Source: the human T2T-CHM13v2.0 reference genome, Homo sapiens. From it: a stretch of 64,000 nt of DNA. The translations under genes were made by a program, and so were the position numbers. Positions 63,901-64,000 of the stretch are shown piece by piece (positions within the stretch are counted from its first letter, which is position 1; each line of letters opens with the position of its first letter). The stretch is taken from the NCBI RefSeq assembly GCF_009914755.1, contig NC_060927.1; one strand, written 5' to 3'. The notes beneath the pieces are model-generated. The model was not told where the DNA came from. It did no database searches and saw nothing but the letters and a program-made list of their open reading frames with translations.

Positions 63901-64000
63901 AAAAAGGGACAAATAAACATTTACAAAAGGCTTATTCTTAGAGCTGGGTATATACAGGAGAGAAAATAGGATCTTTGACACAAACTCAATCTTAGAGCTT

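Overview
AT-rich, CpG-poor primate (human-like) genomic DNA, intergenic or deep intronic. I find no supportable protein-coding exon, RNA gene or CpG island; the longer ORFs in the track derive from Alu, L1 or LTR sequence or look like chance. The window is layered with transposable elements: four L1PA-type LINEs (two near full-length), eight near-complete Alus, solo LTRs (HERV-W LTR17, ERV9 LTR12, another ERV1-type LTR, MER31-like, several MaLR), and old L2, MIR, L1M and hAT fragments. Subfamily names come from recalled consensus sequences, not a search. The most notable structure is a 235-bp inverted duplication with 100% identity (45617-45851 and 46477-46711) whose right copy is inserted into a MIR with template-switch-like junctions. 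Second is a ~9.8-kb L1PA15/16-like insertion whose 18-bp target-site duplication (TSD) closes ~400 bp beyond the L1 3' end, implying a 3' transduction that carried an older MER58A. A younger L1 nested in its ORF1 has its own short transduction, and three ERV1 solo LTRs cluster within 4 kb. I do not see evidence for a new gene-encoded system; the novelty is in DNA rearrangement and retrotransposition signatures.
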